This document shows, in pieces, positions 30,018 through 40,549 of a stretch of 64,000 bases of DNA. The first letter of the stretch is position 1. Every line of letters starts with the position of its first letter. A model generated the notes under the pieces. That model did not search any database and was not told the origin of the DNA. It saw nothing but the letters and a program-made list of their open reading frames with translations. This DNA is from a virus. Its lineage: Duplodnaviria; Heunggongvirae; Uroviricota; Caudoviricetes. Location: positions 32,001 through 96,000 of the IMG/VR virus record IMGVR_UViG_3300043395_001986; one strand, given 5' to 3'. Made by a program: the position numbers and the translations under genes.

Positions 30018-31508
30018 ATGGAAAATAAAAGATTAGGTCTAATAGTTCCGTGGAGAGGAGATTACCAAGACCTTCATAAGTTTTTAGGTCATATAGAATA
30101 TTTCTTAAATAATAAAGAGATAAATTATAAATTCTATATAATTGAACAGGTTGATAAAAAACCTTTCAATTATGGTGCGTTGTGCAATACTGGCTATGAA
30201 TTGGCAAAAGATGAATGTGATTATTTTATTTTCCACAGCCCTTATTTTATTCCAGTTGATGATACATGTGATTATTCTTATTCCACAAAAGTTCAACATC
30301 TATCATCGGTAGTAGATGCATTTGGATATAAAAAACCATATGCAGAATGGATAGGTGGTGCAATAAAATTTACACACGAAACATTTGAAGAAGTAAACGG
30401 ATATTCTGATGAATATTGGGGAATAGGTATGGAAGATGTTGATATGTTGTATAGATTAAATCGTAAAAAATTAGTAAGAAATAAAAAATATTTTAATATT
30501 GATATGCTTAAAGAGCATGATTTATTTGATATAAATGAAATTTCAAATCTAAAAAAAGTAAGTTTAACATATTTTGATTTTGATAAAAAATATAAATCAT
30601 GTATGATTAAATCAACAAAAAATACAAAATATGTTTTTCAAGATAGTTTTACTATTGATATGTTTTTGTATGTAGATAGAAATAAAAACTACGATAGTTT
30701 TATTTTTGGAAAACAAGGTTATAACGCCGGCATCTTTTTTAAAGATAACAAAGCATTGAATTTACAATTATGGAATAGTGATGGTAAGGTATGTGAAGTT
30801 TGGTATGAGAATTTTAATTTATTAGAAAGGTGGATGAAAATAACTATGAAATTTGATTTTGATGCACAACATCTTTGGTTATATGTCGATGGTCTACCAG
30901 TAGCAAGTAATTCATTTAATGGTGAAGTATTTGATTATACAGATAAAGATATTTGGATTGGTAGTTTAGCATTCAATCATCAATTTTCTGGTAAAGTTTC
31001 AAACATATTGGTATTTGACTACGCATTATCGGATTCGGAAATATTAAACTTATATAAACAAAATTATATAAACGAAACCGGTAATATTGTAACGAGAGAA
31101 AAGGCAATTATTGATATTCCATTTTCTAAAAAATATAAAGATTTTTATATTGATATGGGATTATATGAATCGCATGTAAGAGATTTATCCGCAACAAAAG
31201 AAGATAATACAAAAACAGAATTAATATCATTAAATTATGATTATAATTTTCCAGAAGAAACACCTGGAAAATACAAATGTTTAGATGTAGATAGAATGAA
31301 TGACTTCAAAAATATTTGGAGATGGTCTGGTAATGTGGATTTAGAAGAAAACAAACATATATTTTTTAATGATGTACTACCATCAAAAACTTATTTTAAA
31401 AAAGTTGGATTATCATCATTGGAATTTAAAAAAGAAAACGAATTTTATCCAAAAGGAGAAGATGGGATGGATAGAAAAAATGTAGAAATATATCAAATTA
31501 AACTATAA
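30018..31508 (+). CDS. GT7 (beta-1,4-galactosyltransferase-like) with inserted LamG domain; DxD motif lost
   Basis: LIVPWR, PFNYGALCN, FHSPY in place of FHDVD, NGYSDEYWGIGMEDVD; LamG LYVDG..IWIG..FSGKVS. Confidence 0.75.
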   Translation: MENKRLGLIVPWRGDYQDLHKFLGHIEYFLNNKEINYKFYIIEQVDKKPFNYGALCNTGYELAKDECDYFIFHSPYFIPVDDTCDYSYSTKVQHLSSVVDAFGYKKPYAEWIGGAIKFTHETFEEVNGYSDEYWGIGMEDVDMLYRLNRKKLVRNKKYFNIDMLKEHDLFDINEISNLKKVSLTYFDFDKKYKSCMIKSTKNTKYVFQDSFTIDMFLYVDRNKNYDSFIFGKQGYNAGIFFKDNKALNLQLWNSDGKVCEVWYENFNLLERWMKITMKFDFDAQHLWLYVDGLPVASNSFNGEVFDYTDKDIWIGSLAFNHQFSGKVSNILVFDYALSDSEILNLYKQNYINETGNIVTREKAIIDIPFSKKYKDFYIDMGLYESHVRDLSATKEDNTKTELISLNYDYNFPEETPGKYKCLDVDRMNDFKNIWRWSGNVDLEENKHIFFNDVLPSKTYFKKVGLSSLEFKKENEFYPKGEDGMDRKNVEIYQIKL

Positions 31509-31512
31509 AATT

Positions 31513-31806
31513 ATGGCAACATCAAAAAAAGAAACTGAAAAAAATGTAGAATCTACATCAGTAGCATTATTAGAAGAAAGAAAAGTTAAAGCATTGGAAA
31601 AAATAGCCAAATCACTGGATGCATTAACATCTTGGGTTGAAGATATAGATAAGGCAGAATGGAGCGAAAGAATCCAGTATTATTTATATGAGTTCTTAAA
31701 TAAAGACCAATCCAAATCGTATAGACAAGATAAGAATACTAAAACACAAGAAGAAGATACAGAAGAAGCAGAATTTGTAAGACCAACTCGTAGAATAGTT
31801 GAATAA
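31513..31806 (+). CDS. Hypothetical small helical protein
   Basis: 97-aa ORF, TAATG overlap with next gene. Confidence 0.55.
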   Translation: MATSKKETEKNVESTSVALLEERKVKALEKIAKSLDALTSWVEDIDKAEWSERIQYYLYEFLNKDQSKSYRQDKNTKTQEEDTEEAEFVRPTRRIVE

Positions 31807-33254
31807 TGAAATTAGGAGTAATCGTACCATATAGAGATAGAGAAGAACATCTTAATATTTTTAAGAAAGAGTTTTGTGCTTTTTTAGAGCAAAAATCTAT
31901 TCCGTTTGAACTTATCATTGTAGAACAATATGATGATAAACCATTTAATAGAGGAAAGCTTTTAAATATAGGTGCTATGAAGGCATCTGAAATCGGATGT
32001 ACTTATTTAGCATTTCATGATGTTGATATGATACCATTGGAGGCAGATTATTCATTTGAGTTTAAACCAATACATTTGGCAACATCATTTGTTAAAGATG
32101 AAACAAATGAGATAGAAACATTGCATTTTGATGAATATTTTGGAGGAGTAACATTATTTCCAGTAGACCAATTTGAACAAATCAATGGGTATTCAAATGA
32201 ATATTGGGGATGGGGATTTGAAGATGATGATTTACTTTTTAGATGTAAAAAATTTAATTTACCATTAGATAAAAAAACATATGGTAAATCTACATTAAAA
32301 GTAATGAATAGTTTTTCATTTACAGGAGATGCATACATATCAATACCAATTCAACCATTAGCAAATGATACTTTATTTGATTGGAGAAAATCACAGACAG
32401 TTTTAATAACATTCCAGCCAAGTAACATATATTGTGATACATCAAAGAAAAAAGATGATTTTACAGTCTTTTCTATACCAGGATATGATACCTGTATTTC
32501 GTATACTTCCGATAGAAGATACAAAGTAGAAACATGGACAGATAGTAATGAGTGTGTATCTATAAATTCTGAACAAATGGATGAACAATGGGTACAGATT
32601 GCATTTGTTATGGATGTAAAAAGAAAAGAAATTAAATTTTACTTAAATAGTAAATTAATTGGAATTGAAAAAATGCCATCATTCTTTAAAGAGTATGTAA
32701 CAGAAGAACCACATTTTTATTTAGGAGTGGGAGACCCATATAGAGAGAAAGACAAAAACTTTTTTACAGGATTAGTATCAGGATTTTCTGTATTTGATAC
32801 TATTTTAGATGATAAAGAAATTGAGTTTTTATATGAAAACATAAATTCTTTTTCTTTATTAAGTAATTTTAAAAAATATAAAAGTTCTGAACATCTTGCT
32901 GTATATTATGATTTTCAACATTATAAAAATGGAAAAATATTAGATATAAGTGGTAAGGGAAGACATGGTGAAATTACAAATGCTTATTTTAAGCAAACAA
33001 AAGAAGTATTTGGTAAAACAATACCTCTTCCATATAGAAGGATATCTAAATTTAAAAAATTAAATCATTATAATAATGGATGGGAAAGAGGAGGATGGAT
33101 ACAAGAAGAAACCCGTTTAAATCAAATTCGTTTTATGAATGATGTTTCAAACAATATGATAGATATAAGAAAGGATGGATTAAATAGTTGCTTATATAAC
33201 ATAGTAAAACAAGAATCAGTAAATAATATTCATCACATATATACAAGAATATGA
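31806..33254 (+). CDS. GT7 glycosyltransferase with inserted LamG domain
   Basis: VIVPYRDREEHL, FNRGKLLNIG, FHDVD, YFGGV, NGYSNEYWGWGFEDDD, C-terminal DGLNS. Confidence 0.88.
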   Translation: MKLGVIVPYRDREEHLNIFKKEFCAFLEQKSIPFELIIVEQYDDKPFNRGKLLNIGAMKASEIGCTYLAFHDVDMIPLEADYSFEFKPIHLATSFVKDETNEIETLHFDEYFGGVTLFPVDQFEQINGYSNEYWGWGFEDDDLLFRCKKFNLPLDKKTYGKSTLKVMNSFSFTGDAYISIPIQPLANDTLFDWRKSQTVLITFQPSNIYCDTSKKKDDFTVFSIPGYDTCISYTSDRRYKVETWTDSNECVSINSEQMDEQWVQIAFVMDVKRKEIKFYLNSKLIGIEKMPSFFKEYVTEEPHFYLGVGDPYREKDKNFFTGLVSGFSVFDTILDDKEIEFLYENINSFSLLSNFKKYKSSEHLAVYYDFQHYKNGKILDISGKGRHGEITNAYFKQTKEVFGKTIPLPYRRISKFKKLNHYNNGWERGGWIQEETRLNQIRFMNDVSNNMIDIRKDGLNSCLYNIVKQESVNNIHHIYTRI

Positions 33255-34708
33255 AATTAGGCGTATGTGTACCATATAGAAACAGAGAAGAACATTTAGC
33301 AAAATTTTCACCTCATGTTCATGAATTTCTTAAAAAAAGAGGAATAGACCATAAGATTTATTTTGCACACCAATGCGACGATAAATTGTTCAACAGAGGT
33401 AAAATGAAAAATATTGCAGCGGATATTGCATTTAAAGATGGGTGTGATTATATCGTATGGCATGATATTGATATGTTACCAGAAGATGATTCCTGTGATT
33501 ATAGTTACAATCCTGATACTCCAAAACATTTGGCAGTAAGAATATCACAATCAGATTATAACCTCAAATATGAGGAGTATTTTGGTGGCGCCGTATTGTT
33601 TACAAAGGAGCAGGTTATGAAAACCAATGGTTACTCAAATGATTATTGGGATTGGGGTATGGAAGATGATGATTTGTTTTGGAGATGCGTTGTGAACGGA
33701 TACGCTGACCAAAAGTATTTACACGACAAATATGTTCAAAAAGTTTTACATTTTAATGGAAAAAATTCATCAGTAGAAATACCTGTAAGTAGGAATATTA
33801 GGGGATTATGTTCACGTTCTCATACTGTCTCAATTTTAGTAAAAGCAGAACAGCAATTAGATAAGGCTCCATTGTATTTAATTGGTGATGATGAAAGAAG
33901 ATTTGTGGAATATCCTATAATAAGAAGACCTGGATATGATTGGGGATTGAGTTATAATAATAGTAGAGCATATACAACTATGTTATGGAATTATGAAAAG
34001 GAATTTTTATATATGTGGATGAAAAGATACGAAGAACAATGGACATGGGTAACATTGACAGTTGATGATGAAACAAAAGAAATTCGTTTGTATTTAAATG
34101 GAAAGGAAAGTGATAGTAGATTTGGAACAGGTGTGCCATCACCATTAAAATATAATGGATTATTGAAACGATATGCAAGTGAACCATATATATTAGGAAC
34201 AACAAATTCATTAGCAGATTCACATCCTGCAAAATGGTTTAAAGGTTCAATTGCAAAAGTTGCAATGTGGGACAGATGTTTATCAGAAGAAGAAATTCAA
34301 CAAAGTATTTTAGGTGAACCTATTAAAGAAGATTTGCAATTATATTATGATTTTGCAAAATCTAGATTTGGATTAATAAATGATTTAAGTGGAAATGACA
34401 ACTATGGAAATATATTTAATATAACTGAAATAGAAGATGAAATTGCAATTCCATATACAATATTACCACATCGGAGAGATGGTAAATTCTTTTGTTTACC
34501 ACACCAAACAGAAGGATTAATCCAAATAGATGGTGTAGATAAATGGGCTAAAGGAGAAACAACTGCAAGAAATGAAAGAAGATATGTTCTTCAAATGCAA
34601 CAAGGTGAATGGGATTGGAAAAATGATGGGATGAATAACTTAACCTATGAGTTATTATCAATAGAAGATATAGGTAACAATTCAGTAATAATAAATTGTA
34701 AATGCTAA
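33251..34708 (+). CDS. GT7 glycosyltransferase with inserted LamG domain
   Basis: VPYRNREEHL, FNRGKMKN, WHDID, YFGGA, YWDWGMEDDD, DGMNNLTY; LamG LYLNG..FKGSIAKVAMWD..LYYDF..DLSGN. Confidence 0.88.
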   Translation: MKLGVCVPYRNREEHLAKFSPHVHEFLKKRGIDHKIYFAHQCDDKLFNRGKMKNIAADIAFKDGCDYIVWHDIDMLPEDDSCDYSYNPDTPKHLAVRISQSDYNLKYEEYFGGAVLFTKEQVMKTNGYSNDYWDWGMEDDDLFWRCVVNGYADQKYLHDKYVQKVLHFNGKNSSVEIPVSRNIRGLCSRSHTVSILVKAEQQLDKAPLYLIGDDERRFVEYPIIRRPGYDWGLSYNNSRAYTTMLWNYEKEFLYMWMKRYEEQWTWVTLTVDDETKEIRLYLNGKESDSRFGTGVPSPLKYNGLLKRYASEPYILGTTNSLADSHPAKWFKGSIAKVAMWDRCLSEEEIQQSILGEPIKEDLQLYYDFAKSRFGLINDLSGNDNYGNIFNITEIEDEIAIPYTILPHRRDGKFFCLPHQTEGLIQIDGVDKWAKGETTARNERRYVLQMQQGEWDWKNDGMNNLTYELLSIEDIGNNSVIINCKC

Positions 34709-34711
34709 TAA

Positions 34712-36106
34712 ATGATAAGTAATAATTTTTTTGATGATGTAAGATATAAACTCAATTCAGTAGGACCTGGATTTTGTTTGGCTAAATGGAAACAGGTTAC
34801 ATTACATCTACACATTGGTCACAATCATAGTTGTCACCACCCGGGTACACATAAAATTTCTGAAAGAGAAATAGCAGAAGACCCATCGCATCTTCACAAT
34901 ACTCGATTTAAAAAAGAGAGAAGAAAGGAAATGTTAGAAGGTAAAAGACCTAAAGAGTGCGATTATTGTTGGAGAGTAGAAGATAGTTCCGATGCGTTTT
35001 CCGATAGAACATTTAAATCAGCAGAACCATGGGCGTTACCATATTATAATCAAATAAAAAACCTACCAGCAGATGCGAATGTATTACCATCATATGTAGA
35101 AGTATCATTTAGTAATGCATGTAACTTTAAATGTTCATATTGTGCACCACCATTTTCAACACAATGGATGGAAGAAATTGAACAATTTGGTGCATATCCA
35201 ACTGCGGGTAAATTTAATGGATTAGAACATTTCCAATTAAGTGATAGAATGCCAATACCACAAAATCAGCACAATCCTTATGTAGAAGCGTTTTGGAAAT
35301 GGTGGCCTGAATTATATAAAGGATTACATACATTTCGTATAACTGGTGGTGAACCATTTATGCATAAAGATACATTTAAGGTATTGGATTATATTTTGGA
35401 AACACCAAATCCAAATAAAAACTTAGCATTAAGTATGAATAGTAATTTGGGAGTTCCTGATAAGTTATTCAATAAAGCAAAGGAAAAATTAAAAGAGATA
35501 AGTGATAGAGGATTGGTTAGAGAATTGATTTTATTTACATCAGTAGATACACATGGTGCACAGGCCGAATATATTAGAAATGGATTAGTATATAATCAAT
35601 TGATGGATAGAATGGATATTTTGTTAAAAGAAATACCAAGATTAACAATTATCATTATGAGTACATATAACGCATTATCTGTTCCAAAATATAAAAAATT
35701 AATTCACGAAGTATATGATTTAAAAGCATTATATGCAGATGAAAATCGTTATTATCAACAATCGGTTTTATTGGATAGTTCATATCTTCGTTGGCCATCA
35801 CATCAACATATTAAATTATTAGATAATCATTGGTCAAAAGAAATAATGGAGCAGGCACAACTTATGGATTTTTATGAGTTTAGTAGAGTTGGAGCAGGCT
35901 GTTGGGGATATAGTGATGTTGAAATTGTTAAAATGAAAAGAATAGCTGATTATATGAAATCAGTAGAAAATGAAGAAGCTATAAAATACGATAGACAAGA
36001 TTTCTATCGCTTTTTTAGCGAACATGATAGACGAAGAGGAACTGATTTTTGTAAAACATTCCCCGAATTAGAAGAATTTTATAATAAATGTAAAGAGTTA
36101 TGTTAA
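34712..36106 (+). CDS. Radical SAM enzyme with N-terminal twitch/SPASM-like Cys cluster
   Basis: CNFKCSYC (CX3CX2C), TGGEPF; N-terminal FCLAKW..SCHH..CDYCW. Confidence 0.9.
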   Translation: MISNNFFDDVRYKLNSVGPGFCLAKWKQVTLHLHIGHNHSCHHPGTHKISEREIAEDPSHLHNTRFKKERRKEMLEGKRPKECDYCWRVEDSSDAFSDRTFKSAEPWALPYYNQIKNLPADANVLPSYVEVSFSNACNFKCSYCAPPFSTQWMEEIEQFGAYPTAGKFNGLEHFQLSDRMPIPQNQHNPYVEAFWKWWPELYKGLHTFRITGGEPFMHKDTFKVLDYILETPNPNKNLALSMNSNLGVPDKLFNKAKEKLKEISDRGLVRELILFTSVDTHGAQAEYIRNGLVYNQLMDRMDILLKEIPRLTIIIMSTYNALSVPKYKKLIHEVYDLKALYADENRYYQQSVLLDSSYLRWPSHQHIKLLDNHWSKEIMEQAQLMDFYEFSRVGAGCWGYSDVEIVKMKRIADYMKSVENEEAIKYDRQDFYRFFSEHDRRRGTDFCKTFPELEEFYNKCKELC

Positions 36107-36936
36107 ATGAATATGTAAAATTTACGGATAATCTTTCCGTACAGGTCTATGAAAATAGTAAACATGGTACATCTATGAAAGATGATGCTGTTAAAACTTT
36201 TTTTAATAAAACATTTAGCATATACGCTAAATTTAAATTAGATAAAACTGCCTTTTGTAATGCAGAAAATACATATGGTGTATTTGCTAAACAAGGAATG
36301 CACTCTGGTGTTTGGTTAAGAGATAGTTGCGTTGTTGGTTTGGTTTTTACTCAAGATGAAAAAAATAATGTTAAAGAAATAGCGTTACCAATATGGATAG
36401 ATGAAAAAGAGTTTTATGGTGAGATACAAATTTTATTTCAAGTAGATAATGAAAATAAAAAAGTAAAACTATATGTAAATGATAAAGAAGCAGAAGCAAC
36501 ATTGGATAATCCAGTAGTAGATTATTCACAGGCACCTTTTTGGATTGGAGCATGTGCACCCTGGTATACCGAAGATTTACAATGGTTTTTTAATGGGGAA
36601 ATATATGAATTTGCAATAAATGAAAAATTCTTAAATGAAGAACAAGTAAAAACAATATTTGTAAATAAAGGATATACTAATATTGTTAATTCTGAAATAA
36701 ATGAATCTTTATTTGCTTGGTATGAATTTACTATTAAAAATTTTAGTAGATTTAAAGTGTTTGATAAAAGTAATAATGGTAACCATGGAATAGTACCAGA
36801 TTGGCATTTTTTAGAGGTTAGAGATAAATTACAAGCATATAGTAGGGATAAAATAGAAATAAGCGAATTTGGAAAAAAATTAATACCAAAAAAAGAAGAA
36901 GTAAAAAATAAAAGTAATCCATTTAATCTTATATAA
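36100..36936 (+). CDS. Stand-alone LamG/ConA-like domain protein
   Basis: KLYVND..FWIG..FNGEI..FDKSNNGNHG; similar to the GT7 inserts (GKQGY/AKQGM, DY..(K/A).(I/F)WIG). Confidence 0.7.
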   Translation: MLNEYVKFTDNLSVQVYENSKHGTSMKDDAVKTFFNKTFSIYAKFKLDKTAFCNAENTYGVFAKQGMHSGVWLRDSCVVGLVFTQDEKNNVKEIALPIWIDEKEFYGEIQILFQVDNENKKVKLYVNDKEAEATLDNPVVDYSQAPFWIGACAPWYTEDLQWFFNGEIYEFAINEKFLNEEQVKTIFVNKGYTNIVNSEINESLFAWYEFTIKNFSRFKVFDKSNNGNHGIVPDWHFLEVRDKLQAYSRDKIEISEFGKKLIPKKEEVKNKSNPFNLI

Positions 36937-36937
36937 A

Positions 36938-37906
36938 ATGAAAATATTAATCACCGGTGGCGCGGGATATTTAGGTTCAGTTATAACAAAAAAAATGTTA
37001 GATGTAGGACATGAAGTAACGGTCGTAGACAATCTTTCATTTAAGCAGTTATCACCATTAAATCATACAGCAAATCCAAACTATAATTTTATCAATGTTG
37101 ATGTAAGACAAAAATTAGTGTTAAAAAGATTGGTAGCGTTTCATGATGTTATTATACCATTAGCTGCAATTGTTGGATTTCCTGCGTGTAAAGCAGACCC
37201 ACAATTAGCATGGGATGTAAATTTTCATCAAATTGAAACAATATTAGAAGCAGTAGATGACCATCACATAATACTTTATCCAAATACAAATAGTGGATAT
37301 GGTATAGGTGAAGGACAAACCGAATGTACAGAAACATCACCATTAAATCCAATTTCAGTTTATGGTGAAAGTAAAGTAGCGGCTGAAAAATTATTATTAG
37401 AAAGTTCATCTGCTGTATGTTTCCGTTTAGCAACTGTCTTTGGTACATCACCAAGAATGAGAACAGATTTATTAGTAAATGAATTTGTTTACAAAGCAAT
37501 GACAGATAAATATATTACCGTCTTTGAGAAGAATTTTAAAAGAAATTTTATTCATATTCAAGATGTTGCAAATGTATTTTTACATGCATTAAACAATTAT
37601 GATAAAATGAAACATAATGTTTATAATGTTGGATTGAGTGATGCAAATTTAAGTAAACAAGAATTATTAGAAAAAATTAAAGAACATATACCTGATTTTG
37701 CAATTACATATTCTGATTTTTATGAGGACCCGGATAAAAGAGATTATATTGTATCAAACTCAAAAATAGAAGCAACTGGTTGGAAACCGCAATATACATT
37801 AGATGATGGTATATTAGAATTGATGAAAGGGTATAGAGTTTTAATACCAAGAATGACATCGGAATTTAGAAACGGATTTCCTTTGGGATATGCACAAAAC
37901 TTTTAA
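36938..37906 (+). CDS. NAD-dependent nucleotide-sugar epimerase/dehydratase (extended SDR)
   Basis: TGGAGYLGS, LAAIVG, YGESK, FRLATVFG, RNFIHIQD. Confidence 0.92.
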   Translation: MKILITGGAGYLGSVITKKMLDVGHEVTVVDNLSFKQLSPLNHTANPNYNFINVDVRQKLVLKRLVAFHDVIIPLAAIVGFPACKADPQLAWDVNFHQIETILEAVDDHHIILYPNTNSGYGIGEGQTECTETSPLNPISVYGESKVAAEKLLLESSSAVCFRLATVFGTSPRMRTDLLVNEFVYKAMTDKYITVFEKNFKRNFIHIQDVANVFLHALNNYDKMKHNVYNVGLSDANLSKQELLEKIKEHIPDFAITYSDFYEDPDKRDYIVSNSKIEATGWKPQYTLDDGILELMKGYRVLIPRMTSEFRNGFPLGYAQNF

Positions 37907-37908
37907 GT

Positions 37909-38445
37909 ATGAGTAGCAAATGGGACGAGTTCAAAATAACTCCATCAAAAAAATTTGGTATAGAAGTTCCACAATTTCAACCATCGGTATTTAGAGAATA
38001 CAGAGGCGAGATATTTACAACCTTTCATTCAAAAGAACACCCTGTAATGAATTATGTGAGTGATGGATGTGAAATACATGGTAGGTTTTCTCGTTCATAC
38101 AAAGGTGTATTGAGAGGATTGCACTGGGATAATAAGACTTGGAAATTAGTTCAAGCAGCAGTTGGTGATATCTATTTAGTTGTATTAGATATGAGAAAAA
38201 ATAGTCCTACATTTGGTGAATGGGAAAATTATATTATAAGTGAGAGATTAAGAAATCAAGTATTAGTTCCACCAGGATTTGCAAACGGACACTATGCATT
38301 AACCGATTGTATGTTTCATTATAATTTATTTTATAAAGATGGTTATGTAGATGCGGATGAGCAAGGCGTAGTGAAGTGGAATGACCCGGAATATCAAATT
38401 GAATGGCCAACAAATAATCCAATATTACAAAAAAGAGACAGATGA
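37909..38445 (+). CDS. rmlC: dTDP-4-dehydrorhamnose 3,5-epimerase family protein
   Basis: GVLRGLH, KLV, DMRKNSPTFGEW, VPPGFANG, WNDP..IEWP. Confidence 0.9.
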   Translation: MSSKWDEFKITPSKKFGIEVPQFQPSVFREYRGEIFTTFHSKEHPVMNYVSDGCEIHGRFSRSYKGVLRGLHWDNKTWKLVQAAVGDIYLVVLDMRKNSPTFGEWENYIISERLRNQVLVPPGFANGHYALTDCMFHYNLFYKDGYVDADEQGVVKWNDPEYQIEWPTNNPILQKRDR

Positions 38446-39074
38446 TAAAAAATTTAGAAAAATATCCAGTTGTATCTGAAGCTAGATTTACAAAGGATGA
38501 ATTAGTTAATTACGAAAGAATGATTGCTGACCATTGGGAAGCAGGTAGAATTAAAGGACCAGTTCATTTAAGTGGTGGTAATGAAGAACAATTAATTGAA
38601 ATTGGAAAAAGAATTAAAGAAACCGATTGGGTATTTTCAACCTGGCGTTCTCACTATCATGCACTAATCAAAGGTGTATGCCCGGTTTGGTTAGAAGAAG
38701 AAATATTAGCAGGTAGAAGTATTACCATTGTTAGCGAAGAACAAAGATTTTATGCAAGTGCAATTGTAGGTGCAATTATACCAATAGCAACCGGTGTAGC
38801 AATGGTAAACAAACGTGATGGTAAAGATGATAAAGTTTGGTGCTTTGTTGGTGATATGGCATTTGAAACGGGTGGTTTCTATGAAATGCATAAATACGCA
38901 GTAAATTTTGACTTACCAATTGTATTTGTAGTTGAAGATAACGGAGTATCAACAAATACACCAACAGAAGCAACTTGGAATGTTAAAAAAGATATTCCTT
39001 CGGAAAAAGTTATTTGGTATAATTATGAAAAAGTGTGGCCGCACTACGGAACAGGAAAATGGGTAATTTTTTAA
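38442..39074 (+). CDS. Short ThDP-dependent enzyme, E1-alpha-like subunit
   Basis: HLSGGNE, STWRSHYH, AIVG, GD..EDN ThDP-binding motif; only 210 aa. Confidence 0.85.
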   Translation: MIKNLEKYPVVSEARFTKDELVNYERMIADHWEAGRIKGPVHLSGGNEEQLIEIGKRIKETDWVFSTWRSHYHALIKGVCPVWLEEEILAGRSITIVSEEQRFYASAIVGAIIPIATGVAMVNKRDGKDDKVWCFVGDMAFETGGFYEMHKYAVNFDLPIVFVVEDNGVSTNTPTEATWNVKKDIPSEKVIWYNYEKVWPHYGTGKWVIF

Positions 39075-40549
39075 ATTTAGTTTTTGATAAAGAAATAGAT
39101 GGGTGTTTTATTCCAAACGGAAATACCGATGATATTATAAAATCTTTAGATAAAGTTAGAGAATTTTATGATAATCAAAGTTGGGAAGATTTTACACGCC
39201 ATTGTCACGATGGAATGTGGGATGCATATGTAAAAAATAAAAATGAAAAAGTTTACAATTATGTATATAATAAACCATATAAATGGTATGGGTATTGGGA
39301 AGGTATTGATGAAAGAAAATATAGGTTTAAGTTACAGAATTCAGAAGATAGATGGACGGTTCATCTAAAAAATATAGATGATATTGTAGAAGGTGAACAA
39401 AACATATATTTGGTAGATTTTAAAGGTAATGTTCTTTTTATTTTTGCAGAAGAACCAGAATGGATAGAACCAAATGGTAGGGGTTACAGACCTGGTAAAT
39501 TATTTAATTTAAGTGATAAAGTTTTAACGGCATTAAAAGATAGAAAAATAAAGTTAGTTTTATCAAATATAGAAGAAGGTGGTGGTGATATAAATTTATT
39601 CTTTGATTGTGTATATTCTTCTATAAAATTTTATGATTTACCTGCTGATTTAATTTATATTATACATGGTAATCATAATATAGAAGAATTATACGAAGAA
39701 TACTGCATAGAAAATAAAATAGATAATAAAATAAAAGTTTATAAATCAGAATATCTTTTTGAAATAATATCAAAAAGTATGCAGATGAATATCGGTAGAG
39801 TAGATAAATTGGGATATGATATAAAAGACCTTACCGAAAAAGAAGTTTTAGATAACTTGGATAGAAATAAAAAATTTATTTTATTAAATAGAAATGCATA
39901 TAAACCTCACCGATTTTATTTATTATCTAAATTAAATCAAATAGGAGCGTTGGATGATAGCTATTTTTCTTGTCTTTTTAATAACGAAGGAGATATTAAA
40001 TACGAAAATTATTTAGAACCAATATTAAGTAAAGAAGATTTTGAAAAAGAGCTACCGATAATGAAAGCCTTTCAAGATTTAGGCTCCGTAAAAATACCAG
40101 AAGAAAGAACACAATTGGAAAATTTAAAAGAATTTTTTGATGTATTTGCAAATACAGATTATACATTGTTTAAAAATTCATATTTTTCAATTGTATCAGA
40201 AACTTGCTTTGAAGATAATTCTGCCCATTTGACAGAAAAAACTTGTAAAGCATTATATTATTTTCATCCATTTATAATTGTTGGTGGTTATAAACATTTA
40301 TATCATTTAAAAGAAAGAGGATTTAAAACATTTGATAAATGGATTGATGAAAGTTATGATTTGATAAAAGACCCAAAGGAAAGAATGAAAGCGGTTTTAA
40401 AAGAAATTGAAAAAATTAATAACATAGAAACACTTAAAAAAATCTATATAGAAAGTTTTGATATATTAAAACATAATCATGACATGTATATGGATTTAAA
40501 AAATAAATCTTTTTTATCTAAAATTTTAGTTCAAATTGCAAACGATTAA
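39059..40549 (+). CDS. Putative glycosyltransferase (remote GT10-like), paralogue 1; ATG 39059 preferred
   Basis: KKFILLNR..HR, SIVSET..LTEKTCKAL..PFII.G..GFKTF..IDESYD. Confidence 0.55.
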   Translation: MGNFLNLVFDKEIDGCFIPNGNTDDIIKSLDKVREFYDNQSWEDFTRHCHDGMWDAYVKNKNEKVYNYVYNKPYKWYGYWEGIDERKYRFKLQNSEDRWTVHLKNIDDIVEGEQNIYLVDFKGNVLFIFAEEPEWIEPNGRGYRPGKLFNLSDKVLTALKDRKIKLVLSNIEEGGGDINLFFDCVYSSIKFYDLPADLIYIIHGNHNIEELYEEYCIENKIDNKIKVYKSEYLFEIISKSMQMNIGRVDKLGYDIKDLTEKEVLDNLDRNKKFILLNRNAYKPHRFYLLSKLNQIGALDDSYFSCLFNNEGDIKYENYLEPILSKEDFEKELPIMKAFQDLGSVKIPEERTQLENLKEFFDVFANTDYTLFKNSYFSIVSETCFEDNSAHLTEKTCKALYYFHPFIIVGGYKHLYHLKERGFKTFDKWIDESYDLIKDPKERMKAVLKEIEKINNIETLKKIYIESFDILKHNHDMYMDLKNKSFLSKILVQIAND

